Shown here one piece after another: positions 1 through 11,109 of a stretch of DNA of 64,000 bases. A model generated the notes under the pieces. The model saw nothing but the letters and a program-made list of their open reading frames with translations. It had not been told where the DNA came from and ran no database searches. Origin of the DNA: Cladosporium halotolerans. Its lineage: Eukaryota. Made by a program: the position numbers and the translations under genes. The stretch spans positions 558,001 through 622,000 of the forward strand of contig NW_027191456.1 of assembly GCF_011745625.1 (NCBI RefSeq). Reading direction: 5' to 3'. Each line of letters starts with the position of its first letter. Within the stretch, counting starts at the first letter, position 1.

Positions 1-438
1 GCCACCATAAGCCTCGGAAGACATCCTGTGATCTAGTCACCACGAATCAGCCTTCAGGGACTTTCCAGCGTCGTATCAGAGGCACCACAATGACGTTCCC
101 CGCAGAAGCTCCGACAGTGCAGGGCCAGATACCAGTGCATCAATTAAGTGGGGGATTATCATAGTGCTCGACGTCACTTCGCTACACTCATTGCCGTTTG
201 TATTGTGATGCTACCTAAGTATCACACGTTTCACGGCAGCGATGCATCAGCTGCATGAGCTTCAGCCAGATGATCTCTTTTGAAGGAAGGTTGTCCGAGC
301 GGACATTGCTTACTTACACGAGGCCTGATATGCCGAGGATCTCTCCTCTCTTACTCTTCCTCGACCATAGTATATCATGTAAACATTGTACATTAGCTTT
401 GCTTGCCTTGCCGTTTCCAAGAGCTATTGTCATCTAGC

Positions 439-1977
439 ATGGCTCCTTCTAGGGTCGAGCCATCTACTTCGGATGCCCGCCAACAACCTCGCTTCCTTAT
501 CATAGGCGCCGGATCTCGTGGCAACTCGTACGCCAGAGCACTCCAGGATTCTAAACTAGGAGTTGTTGCAGCAGTAGCTGATCCAATTGCATTTAAGCGC
601 AAGCAACTAGGCCGCAGATATATTTGGTCCTCTTCTGCACCTGAGGATGGCCAGGAGTTTGCAGGATGGAAAGAATATGTCGCGTACGAGCATCAAAGGC
701 GTGCTGACGAGGCTGCCGGCATCTCCACGCCACCCAAGATTGACGCTGCTTTCATCTGTGTTCTAGATCATCAGCATGTAGAAGTCGCCTCTGCCCTTGG
801 GCCCTTGGGCCTTCACATCATGTGCGAAAAGCCACTGGCGACGACGTTAAGTGACTGTCTCCGAATCCAGCAGTCGATCGAATCAGGCCCAAAGTCGATC
901 TTCGCGATAGGTCACGTTCTTCGGTACAGCCCTCACAACATGCTACTCCGGCATCTCGTGCGGGAGAAGAAAGTCATCGGTGACATCCTGTCTCTCGAGC
1001 ACATCGAGCCGGTCGGCTATTGGCACTTTGCCCATTCGTACGTCCGCGGCAACTGGAGGAAAGAGTCTATCTCGGCACCGAGCTTGATGACGAAAAGCTG
1101 CCATGACATCGATTTCATCCTTTGGATGCTCTGCTCGCCACTGGAAGCCAAAGATCGAACGCCACATTTGCCGGCGACGATATCTTCTGTAGGCTCGTTG
1201 AAGCAGTTCAAACGGTCAAGGAAGCCAAAGGAGGCGGGTGAAGCAGAGAACTGCACAGAATGCTCGATCAAATCCAGCTGCATATACTCCGCGCTTCGAA
1301 TCTACCGCGACAGGCACCTAGCCAAAGGCAACGCGAAGTGGCCTGTGGACATCGTCAATCCCGAGATTGACGCGCTGTTGGCTCAGGGTGAAACAGAGGC
1401 AGCAGATAAAGAGCTCTTGGCTTCGTTGGCTTCTAACTACGGCAAAGACACACCAGTCCAAGACATCGAGTCGAGACCCTGGTACGGGCGATGCGTGTTC
1501 GAAAGCGACAACGACGTCGTCGACGACCAGTTCGTCACATTCGAATGGAAAGACGGTCCAAACGGTCAGGCGAAGACTGCAAACTTCCACATGATAGCGC
1601 AGACGCTGGCTCAGTGCGAGCGGAGGGGCCGGATCTACGGCACGGCTGGAGAAATCTATTATGACAGCAAGAGCATCACGATTCACGATTTTACGAATGA
1701 CGAAACGAAGGTGGTTCATCCCGAAGTACCAAAGAACTCGCATCATGGAGGCGGAGACGACGGTCTCACTGCCCAGTTCGCGAAGGCTGTGGCTGCGGTC
1801 AAAATGGGCGCAATGAGCGTTGATGAGTCGCAGACGGCTTATGTTGGCTGCACTCTGGAGGAAGTCGTAAGATCACATGCAGCGGTCTTTGCTGCTGAGG
1901 AAGCCAGGCGGGGCGGGAAGGTAGTTGATTGGGGGGAATGGTGGGAAGAGCACGTGAAGCATGGCCTTCGTTCGTGA
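439..1977 (+). CDS. Gfo/Idh/MocA-family NAD(P)-binding oxidoreductase (StrI-like)
   Basis: Intronless ORF from ATG 439. Rossmann motif IIGAGSRG, the family CEKP motif, GHVLRYSP, HSYVRGNWR, KSCHDID and C-terminal HGGGD. Confidence 0.9.
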   Translation: MAPSRVEPSTSDARQQPRFLIIGAGSRGNSYARALQDSKLGVVAAVADPIAFKRKQLGRRYIWSSSAPEDGQEFAGWKEYVAYEHQRRADEAAGISTPPKIDAAFICVLDHQHVEVASALGPLGLHIMCEKPLATTLSDCLRIQQSIESGPKSIFAIGHVLRYSPHNMLLRHLVREKKVIGDILSLEHIEPVGYWHFAHSYVRGNWRKESISAPSLMTKSCHDIDFILWMLCSPLEAKDRTPHLPATISSVGSLKQFKRSRKPKEAGEAENCTECSIKSSCIYSALRIYRDRHLAKGNAKWPVDIVNPEIDALLAQGETEAADKELLASLASNYGKDTPVQDIESRPWYGRCVFESDNDVVDDQFVTFEWKDGPNGQAKTANFHMIAQTLAQCERRGRIYGTAGEIYYDSKSITIHDFTNDETKVVHPEVPKNSHHGGGDDGLTAQFAKAVAAVKMGAMSVDESQTAYVGCTLEEVVRSHAAVFAAEEARRGGKVVDWGEWWEEHVKHGLRS

Positions 1978-2320
1978 AACCTCCTCATGCAAAGATGTTT
2001 CGGTCACTAGTCATTCATGGTCATTGCTTACTTACGAATCCACAGCGATCCATTGATCGATCTTTTTGCTACAGCAGTACCTGCCTGTCAGTGATGAATA
2101 AGTGAAGACTTTCCGAATTAGGCAATCAAGAGTGAAGTGTGTTTTGTGAGTCACAAACCCGCAGTCACTCGGCAACCCGCCAAGCTTGCGTTTGTTGCCT
2201 CTTGTCGCTTCTTCACTTACCAACAACAAAATTCTAAACGCGCAGTCTCACCGTCCACATCAACTCCTCCCACCGCACACATTACCCTCCGCTCCTTCCA
2301 ACACATTTCGAAATAACACA

Positions 2321-3271
2321 ATGGCGAATTTCGTCTTTGAACCTCTCAGAGTCGTAGAATCAGCAAATTTGAAAGTAGGTGTCAACCGCCAGAACATACA
2401 TGCTAAAACGCCAAACGCTAACAGAAGCCAGGCGGCCGCGATGACCCGGAGTCTCGAGAATCCCACCATCAACGATCAACCTCCGGCTACTCAGACGACC
2501 ACAAGCCCCAGGGACCTCGTCTTTGGTACCGCTGAGCTCTTCGAGGCTATCCTCACCGAACTCCCTTTCTTCGATCTCGTCGTCGCATCAGGTGTCAACC
2601 GCCGCTTCCGCGATTTTGTCGCCGGCTCGCGCAAGCTACAGCAGCAATTGTTCTTGCTGCCTGTCCCGGATCCGGCTCGGTGCGATCAGCAGAAGGGGCC
2701 AGCACAAGAGAGACAGGGTGCATTGTCACCCTACAACTCTGACGACAGTGACGCGAACGAGCTGAATTCCCTTGACTTCCACGAGTTTGGGGATGTCTGC
2801 CCGATTCTTGACCTGCTGACGGAAAACTTGTACCTCGGCCGAGACTACAAATCTGTCCGAACCCTCCTTCAGCAGCGTCTTGGGAAGACAGGCTCATGGA
2901 GAAGGATGTACCTGACTCGTCCGCCGCTCAAACTTGTTTCTTTCGACGAGGTCTACGTCGTAGACAGGACCGACGGTTCCACTATCACGTACAAGACATC
3001 TCATCTTGCCGAGCATGACGAGGGTGTCAAATTCTCACACATTGACGAAGAGGCCCATAAACACGCGAGTGTCTATGTCTCTGTCGATGAGGAATGGTTC
3101 GACATAGAGATATGGGTGGACTGCATAGAGCCAGGCACGACGATCCGCGAGCGGATCATGGCTGAGCGGTCCGAGAATGCTGAGATTCGTGGCAAGCTGC
3201 AGTTTCTCTGGAATGCGGCCCACTGCATGGAGTTGTCGCCAGTCGGTGAGGTTCTGACGCTGAAGAATTGA
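2321..3271 (+). CDS. F-box-like domain protein
   Basis: F-box-like segment VFGTAELFEAILTELPFFDLVVASGVNRRFRDFV..S..LQQQLFL followed by SWRRMYLTRPP. Probable in-frame 57-nt intron 2375-2431 (GTAGGT..GCTAAC..CAG). Confidence 0.7.
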   Translation: MANFVFEPLRVVESANLKVGVNRQNIHAKTPNANRSQAAAMTRSLENPTINDQPPATQTTTSPRDLVFGTAELFEAILTELPFFDLVVASGVNRRFRDFVAGSRKLQQQLFLLPVPDPARCDQQKGPAQERQGALSPYNSDDSDANELNSLDFHEFGDVCPILDLLTENLYLGRDYKSVRTLLQQRLGKTGSWRRMYLTRPPLKLVSFDEVYVVDRTDGSTITYKTSHLAEHDEGVKFSHIDEEAHKHASVYVSVDEEWFDIEIWVDCIEPGTTIRERIMAERSENAEIRGKLQFLWNAAHCMELSPVGEVLTLKN

Positions 3272-3569
3272 GCGGAAGATCCCAAGGGATATCTCGCGAG
3301 CTGGAACCGCGGCCCAGAAGCACGTGCAGACGGTTGCATCAGGTGGTTTAAAAAGCCGTCTTCTACATGCTGTCTGTGATTCTGGACACGGCCATGAGCT
3401 TCAATTAATGGATGGTAGAAGGCAAAGAACAAATCAAGACCTTCAATCGTCAGCATCATTTCTCACCTCCCCCTCAAGAGCATTGTGCTAGTGACTTCGT
3501 GAACTCAGAACAGCGATCTGAATAATGATACAATTGTACAAGTTGTAGTCCTTAGAGCTTTCAGCTCGT

Positions 3570-4248
3570 TTACCTCGTCCAAGCATGGTTCCAGCCATCC
3601 CTGGGCGGCGTGTCCGTCTGTATCCTCGCGTACTCAATCGGCACGCCGTCCCAGATGCCCTTCTTCTGCATCGCAATCCTGAACAGCTTGCCCATCTGGT
3701 TGCCCTCTGCTTCTCCCTCGCCGAGCTTCAGTCTCTCTTCCGCCGTGAGACCCTGGTTATCGATGAGGCGGAGCGCCTCGCATGCGTTTGCCATGCTTTG
3801 GTACTGCTTCTCGAGATCGGATTGTTGCTTGTTGCGGAGTTTGAATTGGTAGAGTTGCCATGCGCGGTGGATGGTCCAGTGGCGGAGGGCACGGTTGCTA
3901 TAGAAAATCGCAGTCAGTAAAGTGCTGCACATGTAGAAGGTTTCAAGCATTCACATACCGAGAGAAGCGCAGAGGTCGGGGTGTGAGAGGATGTTGCAGG
4001 TGGTATCTGATTTGGGCTGCAGGTTCTGGTCAGCATTCTGTTCCTCCCAGAAACAGGTATTCCGCATCCGTACTAATTCTTGCGTCCTTCTTGGGTCCCG
4101 CCCTTTTATTTCTAGCCTGGTTCGCGGGTGTGGAGGAGAAGTCTGCTTGTTGCTGCTGGGCGATGCAGCCGCGCGCGGTGGCGCTGGTGGCCTCGGAACG
4201 CCACAGAGGCGAGAAAGTGCGCAAAAGCGCCGTCGAAGGGGCCTTCAT
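3570..4248 (-). CDS. MRPL28: Mitochondrial large-subunit ribosomal protein mL40 (MRP-L28 family), 3 exons
   Basis: Spliced reading: presequence-like MKAPSTALLRTF..KKDARI / TQIRYHLQHPLTPRPLRFSR / NRALRHWTIHRAWQLY..PIEYARIQTDTPPRDGWNHAWTR. Intron donors GTACGG and GTATGT. Confidence 0.8.
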
Positions 4249-4864
4249 TGTGCTGGTGTGTCGAATGCGCCGGGATGGATGCGCGATATGAGGTTGCGAT
4301 GCCCCGTGACCCGAGAAAGCCGCAGTTCACTTACATCCCAATCGGGCAAGACGCGCTTGCCGCAGACAGCCCGCGCGGCCAAGGCGCGGATGCGACCGAG
4401 CCGTCCCGGACGTGGTGGGCTGCGGGCTGCTGCGACACGAGAACGTGGGGTTTGAGGTTGCTGGGTGGGCGAAGTGGGCTGCCTCGCTGGCTACGTCGGT
4501 CGTCTTGCTCGTGACTCGCCTGTCCGCCCACCCTCCCACCACACCCTCCACTGCCCTCCTCGCCGTCTTGCCCTCCCAATCCGACACTGACATCTCTTAT
4601 CTTCCGCGACCACACCCTTCCTGGTCTGACACCCCCTCCACCACCTGCCACACAGCTCCGCACGCTCCACGAACACGTTGCCGGATTTCGCAAGCCGCAT
4701 TGGGACCTGCATTAGAGCTACCTGAAGGCTGAAGCTCTGGGCCCCTTGTGATCTGCCGTGATCTTGCTGGGGGATTGCGCTGTCCCTGCTGCATTCCAGC
4801 TTCAGCATTCTTATTCTAGGACGCCGCCGACTTCTCTTCCTTTCCCTCTCTCATCGTCGTCAAC

Positions 4865-6514
4865 ATGTCCGACCAGTACGCCGATGCTGTCGCCGCGGCG
4901 GCCAAGTCGCATCCGCGTCCCAGCGGTGCGAAGCCTTTTGTCTACGGTACCGCCGGTTTCCGTATGAACGCCGACCTTCTGGACCCGGTCGTTTACTCTG
5001 TCGGTCTCCTCGCTGCCCTCCGCTCGCGAAAACTCAAGGGCCAGGCTATCGGTGTGATGATCACTGCCTCCCACAACCCCGCGAAGGACAACGGTGTTAA
5101 GCTGGTCGACCCGTATGGTGACATGCTGGAGCAGTCGTGGGAGAGCTATGCTACCACCCTTGCGAACACTCCCAGTGAAGAGATGGCGGAGGCATACGCA
5201 AAGGCGGCCAAGGATCTCGGCGTGGACTCTGACATTCCAGCCAATGTCATTATTGCCCGCGACACTCGTCCTTCCGGCAAGGCGCTTGTTGATGCTCTGG
5301 TCGATGCTCTCAAGGCTACCGGCTCCCAGTACACCGACTATGGTGTTCTGACCACGCCCCAGCTGCACTACCTCACCCGCGCTACGAACACCCAGAACGA
5401 TGCACACCCCTATGGCGAGGTCTCTGTCGAGGGCTATTACAAGAAGCTCAGCGAAGCATACAAAACCGCCATGCGCCATGACAAACCCACTGGATCTCTC
5501 ACCGTTGACTGTGCGAACGGTGTCGGTGCCGTGGCCCTGAAAGAGTTCCTGAAGTATATGCCTAAGGAGGATGACCTGTCTGGTGGTCTGAAGGTGAACG
5601 TCGCGAACGACCGTATTGACAAGCCGGAGGTTCTCAACGAGAAATGCGGTGCCGACTTTGTAAAATCTGGCCAGCGGGCACCTGAAGGCTTCAACGGCAA
5701 GCCTTTCGATCGCTGGGCTTCTTACGATGGTGATGCCGACCGTGTCCTCTACTACTTCCACGAGGAAGGCAGCATCTTCAGACTCCTCGACGGCGACCGC
5801 ATCGCCACTCTGGCCGCCACTTTCATCCGTGAGCTCGTGCAGAAGGCTGGTCTTGAAGAGGATCTCCAACTCGCTGTCGTTCAGACTGCGTATGCCAACG
5901 GCGCCAGCACCAAGTATATCGAGGATGTATTGAAGCTCAAGGTTGAGTGCACACCTACAGGTGTCAAGCACCTTCACCATGTTGCAAGCCGCTACGACAT
6001 TGGTGTCTACTTCGAGGCCAACGGCCACGGCACCGTGCTGTTCTCGCAAAACGCTCAGCGCAAGATCCGCAAGGCAGACCCGCAGTCTCCCGCCGAGCTC
6101 GAGGCTTTGACCACTCTTCGTGCTCTGACTGAGCTCATCAACCAAACTGTTGGTGACGCTCTGTCCGACATGCTTCTCGTCGAAGTCATCCTCGCACAGA
6201 AGGAATACACTGTCAAGGAATGGGCCGCCACCTATGAGGACATGCCGAACAGGCTGATTAAGGTCCTCGTCCCTGACAAGAGCGATTACGCTACCGTTCC
6301 TGGTACCGCCGAACGCAAGCTCGAGAAGCCCGCGGGCATGCAAGACAAGATCGACGTGCTAGTCGAGAAGTACCGCAACGGCCGCTGCTTCGTTCGTGCG
6401 TCTGGCACTGAGGATGCCGTCCGCGTGTACGGCGAAGCGTCCGCCGCTTACGACGTTGACGACATGCTCCGCAACGTCGAGCAGTTGATCAAGGTCACTC
6501 CCAAGGCCAATTAG
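4865..6514 (+). CDS. PCM1: Phosphoacetylglucosamine mutase
   Basis: 549-aa ORF with YGTAGFR, catalytic TASHNP, metal loop DGDADR, GVYFEANGHG and RASGTED motifs. Confidence 0.97.
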   Translation: MSDQYADAVAAAAKSHPRPSGAKPFVYGTAGFRMNADLLDPVVYSVGLLAALRSRKLKGQAIGVMITASHNPAKDNGVKLVDPYGDMLEQSWESYATTLANTPSEEMAEAYAKAAKDLGVDSDIPANVIIARDTRPSGKALVDALVDALKATGSQYTDYGVLTTPQLHYLTRATNTQNDAHPYGEVSVEGYYKKLSEAYKTAMRHDKPTGSLTVDCANGVGAVALKEFLKYMPKEDDLSGGLKVNVANDRIDKPEVLNEKCGADFVKSGQRAPEGFNGKPFDRWASYDGDADRVLYYFHEEGSIFRLLDGDRIATLAATFIRELVQKAGLEEDLQLAVVQTAYANGASTKYIEDVLKLKVECTPTGVKHLHHVASRYDIGVYFEANGHGTVLFSQNAQRKIRKADPQSPAELEALTTLRALTELINQTVGDALSDMLLVEVILAQKEYTVKEWAATYEDMPNRLIKVLVPDKSDYATVPGTAERKLEKPAGMQDKIDVLVEKYRNGRCFVRASGTEDAVRVYGEASAAYDVDDMLRNVEQLIKVTPKAN

Positions 6515-7072
6515 GAAATGCCTCTAGGCAGTGATGGATTTAGCATTTTGGCACAGTCGCGGAGTCTTCCGGGACGCCGGGTCGGATTCTGCTCGTTGGG
6601 CGGCAGCTCAGGAAGCAAACGATCTTTGGAGTCGGGGTATTGGATGCCCAGCACCAGCGATGGCGTTGTTTATGAACGATGAACGAAACTTACTGAAAAC
6701 CAAACCAGAAAAAGTTCTTGCTTGCTACATGTGCATCTGCGAGCTTTGGCCGCATTGGGAATATGAAGGGTGTTTATAGCATAGCGCAGTACTCAATGCA
6801 ACGGAGACATGCTCTATCGCCAATGATTATACAATCACTCTCTTGCTATGCCATGGTGAAATGCCGTTTATCCTGCCTTGATAGCGCAGCAATGTTCAAT
6901 ATTCGATGAAATGCATCTAGTCACGTGAAAGCTTCGTTTCCACGGGACTTGCCGCGCTCCACCTTCCTCACGCTATACTGTAACGACAAGGCAGACACTT
7001 GACCTCTAACAACCTCTGACGAAGGTTGCCACCATATTTCTGAAGGAATTCTCTGGGTCGGCACACACAATC

Positions 7073-8980
7073 ATGGCGCAGAACCCCATCGCCAGCCGCC
7101 TGCAAACACACCTGGCAGACCTCCAGGCGAATCCCACAACCGTCGCTATCGACTCCCGCCTCTTCGAAGAAGCCGACCTCGTCCTGCCAGAACAACTAAG
7201 CAAACCCGAGACCTTCGACTTCGTCCAACAACTTTCGTCCCTCCTCCAAACAATCCAGCAAAACCCTGCGCCCGCAGTAAACCTCCTCATCCGCCTTCTC
7301 GGCCCATTCGCATTCTCCGACGTCCTCGCTTTCGACCCGCCCGTCGACTTCGCCACCGGCCTAGATGTCGGCTTCGACGCGCCCGAAGGCGTCATGCTGC
7401 CTTTCAACCGCCTGATGCTCGCGCTGCTGGACAAAGCGAGCGTCAGCGCCGGCGACGCCGCGAGCGTGGCGGCGAAGCCGGAGGTCGTGCTCGCGCTCGT
7501 CAGGCTGTGGCTCTGCTCGCCTGACACGGGCGTCGCAACGCACGCATCGAAGGTGCTGCTCGATCTGCTGAGAGTCGATCGCGAGTTGTTCGACGATCTG
7601 GACCAGCATGTACCGACGGGCGGGCAGGGGTTGGTTTGGAAGCGGGTTTTTGGGGATCGAAATGTTTACGGGACGCTGTTTGAGGCGTGTGGGTTGAAAG
7701 CGAAGGCGTTGAAGCTGAGCAAGAAACAGAGGACGTTGGCGCAGGCTAGGCTGCTGGAGTGGTTGCCTGCGGTGGCGAGTATGAGTTGGTCTGCGGTGGC
7801 GAAGAGCCATCATGCGGATGTGGAGGAGTCGTTTGGGCTTGCTTCTGGGGCTGGCTTGTTGGAATTTGCTGCGCTGCATATGGTGGACTACGTCGACGAC
7901 GTGCTGATGTACCGGTGTCTGATCGATTTCTTTGCCGAGCTTCTGGACGTGATGCTTGAGAAGGAGACTCCAACGCCGACTGTCGAAGCCTCTCCAGCAC
8001 TGGACTACCTCACAGCAAAGGGCCTTCACGAGCGGACGACGAATATCTATCTGCATTCGGGCGAAGACTCGGATATCATGGGGTCCATGTTCCTCTACGG
8101 GCCCTCTGCGAACTACATCGCCACCTACGCTTCGCTTTACCCCAAGCACTTCCAAGCGTCTTCAATGCCAAAGCAAGTCAACGATCGACTGATGAACGCA
8201 CTGACGCTGTCATCGTCAAGATGGGCTCATGCAGAATCTCCGAAACATGACCTTCACCTACTTGCAAGTCTTCCTCGGATCTCAGTGCTACCAAGTGCTG
8301 AGGGCCAGGCCGCTTGGGCTACCAGTCCGCTGTCACTTATCCCGTCGAAAGCCAGCAATCCAGATGCACTGTACACTCTCGCAACAATATTCCATGGCCC
8401 TTCGAAGAAAATCATTACATTCCCTCCAACGTCGCCTTTACCCGACGAGCTTAGCGCACAGGAAGAATTGGAAGCTGCAGCAGCACGTGCACTTTACATG
8501 AATTACCTCGCCAACAACCCGAACTTCTGGAACGACATCACAACCCACGCTGACACTGTCGCGCTTAAAGACCTTGCACTTGCAGCAATCAACTGCCTTC
8601 ATTCAGTCATCACGGCCAATTGGTCCCCCAAACCATCTCTCACTATGCCGTCTGCAATCATCGCAACACCGGCATCCGGCCATCTCGCGATTCTCAGTCC
8701 CCCAGCGCTCGAGTATACTTTACCGTACCTCATCAAGCCCCCTCAGACGTTCGCAAATCTGGTCGGTGGCCGCGGAGACGCAGAGAGTTCTGCGTATAAG
8801 ATCGCCGCCGCGAAATGGGACGCTCTCAAGGCCCTTCACGGCGCCCTAATCACACAAGTCGAGCAGGCTCCTGGCCAAGGCTTCGAAGATATCCTTGCCA
8901 CTCTGAGCAAGCGATTGGCGGAAGGTCCGCTGAGCAGGGAAGGCGAGATTGGCGGACGGATCGATACGATCCAACTCTAA
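7073..8980 (+). CDS. Conserved helical-repeat protein, probable Hsm3/PSMD5-like proteasome assembly chaperone
   Basis: 635-aa intronless Leu-rich helical ORF (VWKRVFGDRNVY, QRTLAQARLL, C-terminal GGRIDTIQL). The family assignment is from recall and is less certain than the CDS itself. Confidence 0.6.
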   Translation: MAQNPIASRLQTHLADLQANPTTVAIDSRLFEEADLVLPEQLSKPETFDFVQQLSSLLQTIQQNPAPAVNLLIRLLGPFAFSDVLAFDPPVDFATGLDVGFDAPEGVMLPFNRLMLALLDKASVSAGDAASVAAKPEVVLALVRLWLCSPDTGVATHASKVLLDLLRVDRELFDDLDQHVPTGGQGLVWKRVFGDRNVYGTLFEACGLKAKALKLSKKQRTLAQARLLEWLPAVASMSWSAVAKSHHADVEESFGLASGAGLLEFAALHMVDYVDDVLMYRCLIDFFAELLDVMLEKETPTPTVEASPALDYLTAKGLHERTTNIYLHSGEDSDIMGSMFLYGPSANYIATYASLYPKHFQASSMPKQVNDRLMNALTLSSSRWAHAESPKHDLHLLASLPRISVLPSAEGQAAWATSPLSLIPSKASNPDALYTLATIFHGPSKKIITFPPTSPLPDELSAQEELEAAAARALYMNYLANNPNFWNDITTHADTVALKDLALAAINCLHSVITANWSPKPSLTMPSAIIATPASGHLAILSPPALEYTLPYLIKPPQTFANLVGGRGDAESSAYKIAAAKWDALKALHGALITQVEQAPGQGFEDILATLSKRLAEGPLSREGEIGGRIDTIQL

Positions 8981-9034
8981 GAACCTCTAAAATACCAGTG
9001 AAAATAATTCGGCCCATCCGGCTAAAAATTCGCA

Positions 9035-10544
9035 TCAAACTCGCTTCTCATCCCCCTCCACAATCCTCACCTTCCCGAACCCCCTCCGCTGATGCACCAA
9101 CCGTCCCTTAACCCAAACCGCGACCGTATTCCGATCATCCCCCGTATAAACCCACTTCGCCACCTTGTCCTCCCAACTCTCCCCTCCAAAAACCTCAACC
9201 AACCCCTCCTCCTCATCTCCCAACTCCCCATCCTCCCCAACGCCCCCAAGCCTAACCAACTGCGCATCCCACTCCATCCCGACCTCAAACCCACCAACCC
9301 TCCCCTCCAACCCCACAACCCTCGCCCCGCCCCTCGTCGCAAGCCACAGCCCCTCCTCAACCGCCAGCTTCGCGGTCTCATCCCCTTCCATCGCCACATG
9401 CCGACTGCACAACACCGCCTCCCTCGCCTCCGCCAGCACGCTCGCCGTGTAGCCCCCGCTCACATCCGTGCCCAAGCCCACATCAATCCCCTCGTCCAGC
9501 AGCTGCCTCGTCCTCAGCCGGCCGGACGTCAGCGCCGCGTTGCTGGCCGGGCAGTGCGAGACCTTCGCGCCCCGGGCTTTGATCAGCGCGCGCTCTTCGG
9601 CCGACAGGTGGATCGCGTGCGCGAGGATGCTGCGGGGCGTCAGCAGGCCGTGCGCGTCGTAGACGGCCGCGTAGGAGGCGTGCGAGGGGAAGAGCTCGCG
9701 CACGAGCGCGATCTCGGACGCGTTCTCGGAGATGTGCGTTTGCGTGGGGAGGTTCTCTTGCTGCGCGAGGGCGCCGAGGGCGGAGAGGGTTTCGGCGGTG
9801 CAGGAGGGGGCGAAGCGGGGCGTTATGATGGGGGTGATGAGGGAGGAGGTGGGGTCGAGGGCGCGGATGTGCGCGATGCAGGATTTCGTTGCGGCGAGGG
9901 AGGCGGAGGGGGTTTCGTCGCGGTAGGTGGGGGGGCTGAGGCGGTCCATGCAGACGCGGCCGACGAGGGCGCGCTGGCCGCGGGCGGCGCAGATGTCGGC
10001 GAGGAGGTTGGTGGCGGGCACGTGGGTGGTGGCGTAGTAGGCGGCGGTGGTGGTGCCGTGGGAGAGGGTGCGGGCGACGACGCGCGAGTAGACGCGGCGG
10101 GCGACGGAGAGGTCGGCGAAGGAGGACTCGAGCGGGAAGGTGTAGGTGTCGAGCCAGTCCATGAGGGTGGATTTGCCGAAGACGCCGGCGTTGGGGTATT
10201 GGGAGGCGTGGATGTGGGTGTCTAGAGATTGTTAGTCTTGGTTGCTTTCAAGAGGATTTTTTGATATCGTTGGTCTCACCAATGAATCCGGGAAAGAAGA
10301 ACTCGTTCTCGCCCAGATAGATCCATCTCGCCTCCTGCCATTCCTTCTCCAATCCAGCAGGCTGCTTACGGGTCACCCAAGCGATCTTACCATTCTCATC
10401 GACACCAATAGCCCCGTGCAGACAGATATCCAACTCGCTAAGAGACTTGCATTGAATCACGGGACCAACGAAAACCGTCTTTCTCAGAGCCATCCTCGGA
10501 GGAGCAGGCGTCGAGGCGTTGTTTAGATTTTCGGAAAGAGTCAT
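9035..10544 (-). CDS. GUD1: Guanine deaminase (amidohydrolase superfamily), 2 exons
   Basis: FFFPGFI / intron ~10280-10222 / DTHIHASQYPN, LMDWLDTYTFPLE, TPRFAPSC, QTHISEN, HCPASN, GLGTDVSGG. Start ATG at 10544 or 10493. Confidence 0.95.
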
Positions 10545-11109
10545 TTGAACGAAAATGGTTAAAGGAGTCAACAGAAAATATAAAGCGGCATCAAAAATCG
10601 AAGGGCAGGGGTGAGAATATGTATAAACATTGCGTTCGGGGCGTGTAGTAATGTTGATAGGTGACGATAGCGGGCGATTGGCTGGAGGTGGGTCTGGACG
10701 TCTGGCTTGGAGTGTGGAGTGAAAGGCCTGGCGGCGAGCTCCGACGGCGAGCACCACCACAGCAGCATTCGTCGGCCTCGGCCTATGTGCTGCCTGAAGG
10801 CGCGGCAAACTCATTGTTGTGGCCCTTAAGATGTCAAGACATTACGTATCGCAAGTTTTGTCGTCTTGTTGGTGAAGTCTTACAGAGTAGATCATCACGC
10901 GGTCAACGTCCGCTCTGTGATTCGTTACACAAACCCTTCTCGAACACATACAAGTCGAAACACAGCAATGGCTTCAATGTTGACATTAAAAACGTAAGTT
11001 TATTTCGTCCGAGACCTCTTTATCTAATAAAAGGTATCCATCCCTTTTGTAGCCATGAATTAACTCCATCATGCAATAATGCCCCTAAATCAAGCATCTT
11101 TCAAAAAAT

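Noticed and set aside
4811..6343. 510-aa antisense ORF over PCM1 (similarly 11221-12216, 16309-17601, 19288-20583, 21629-23119, 61479-62375)
   Set aside because: Shadow ORFs expected from strong G/C third-position bias in the real genes; no recognisable motifs.
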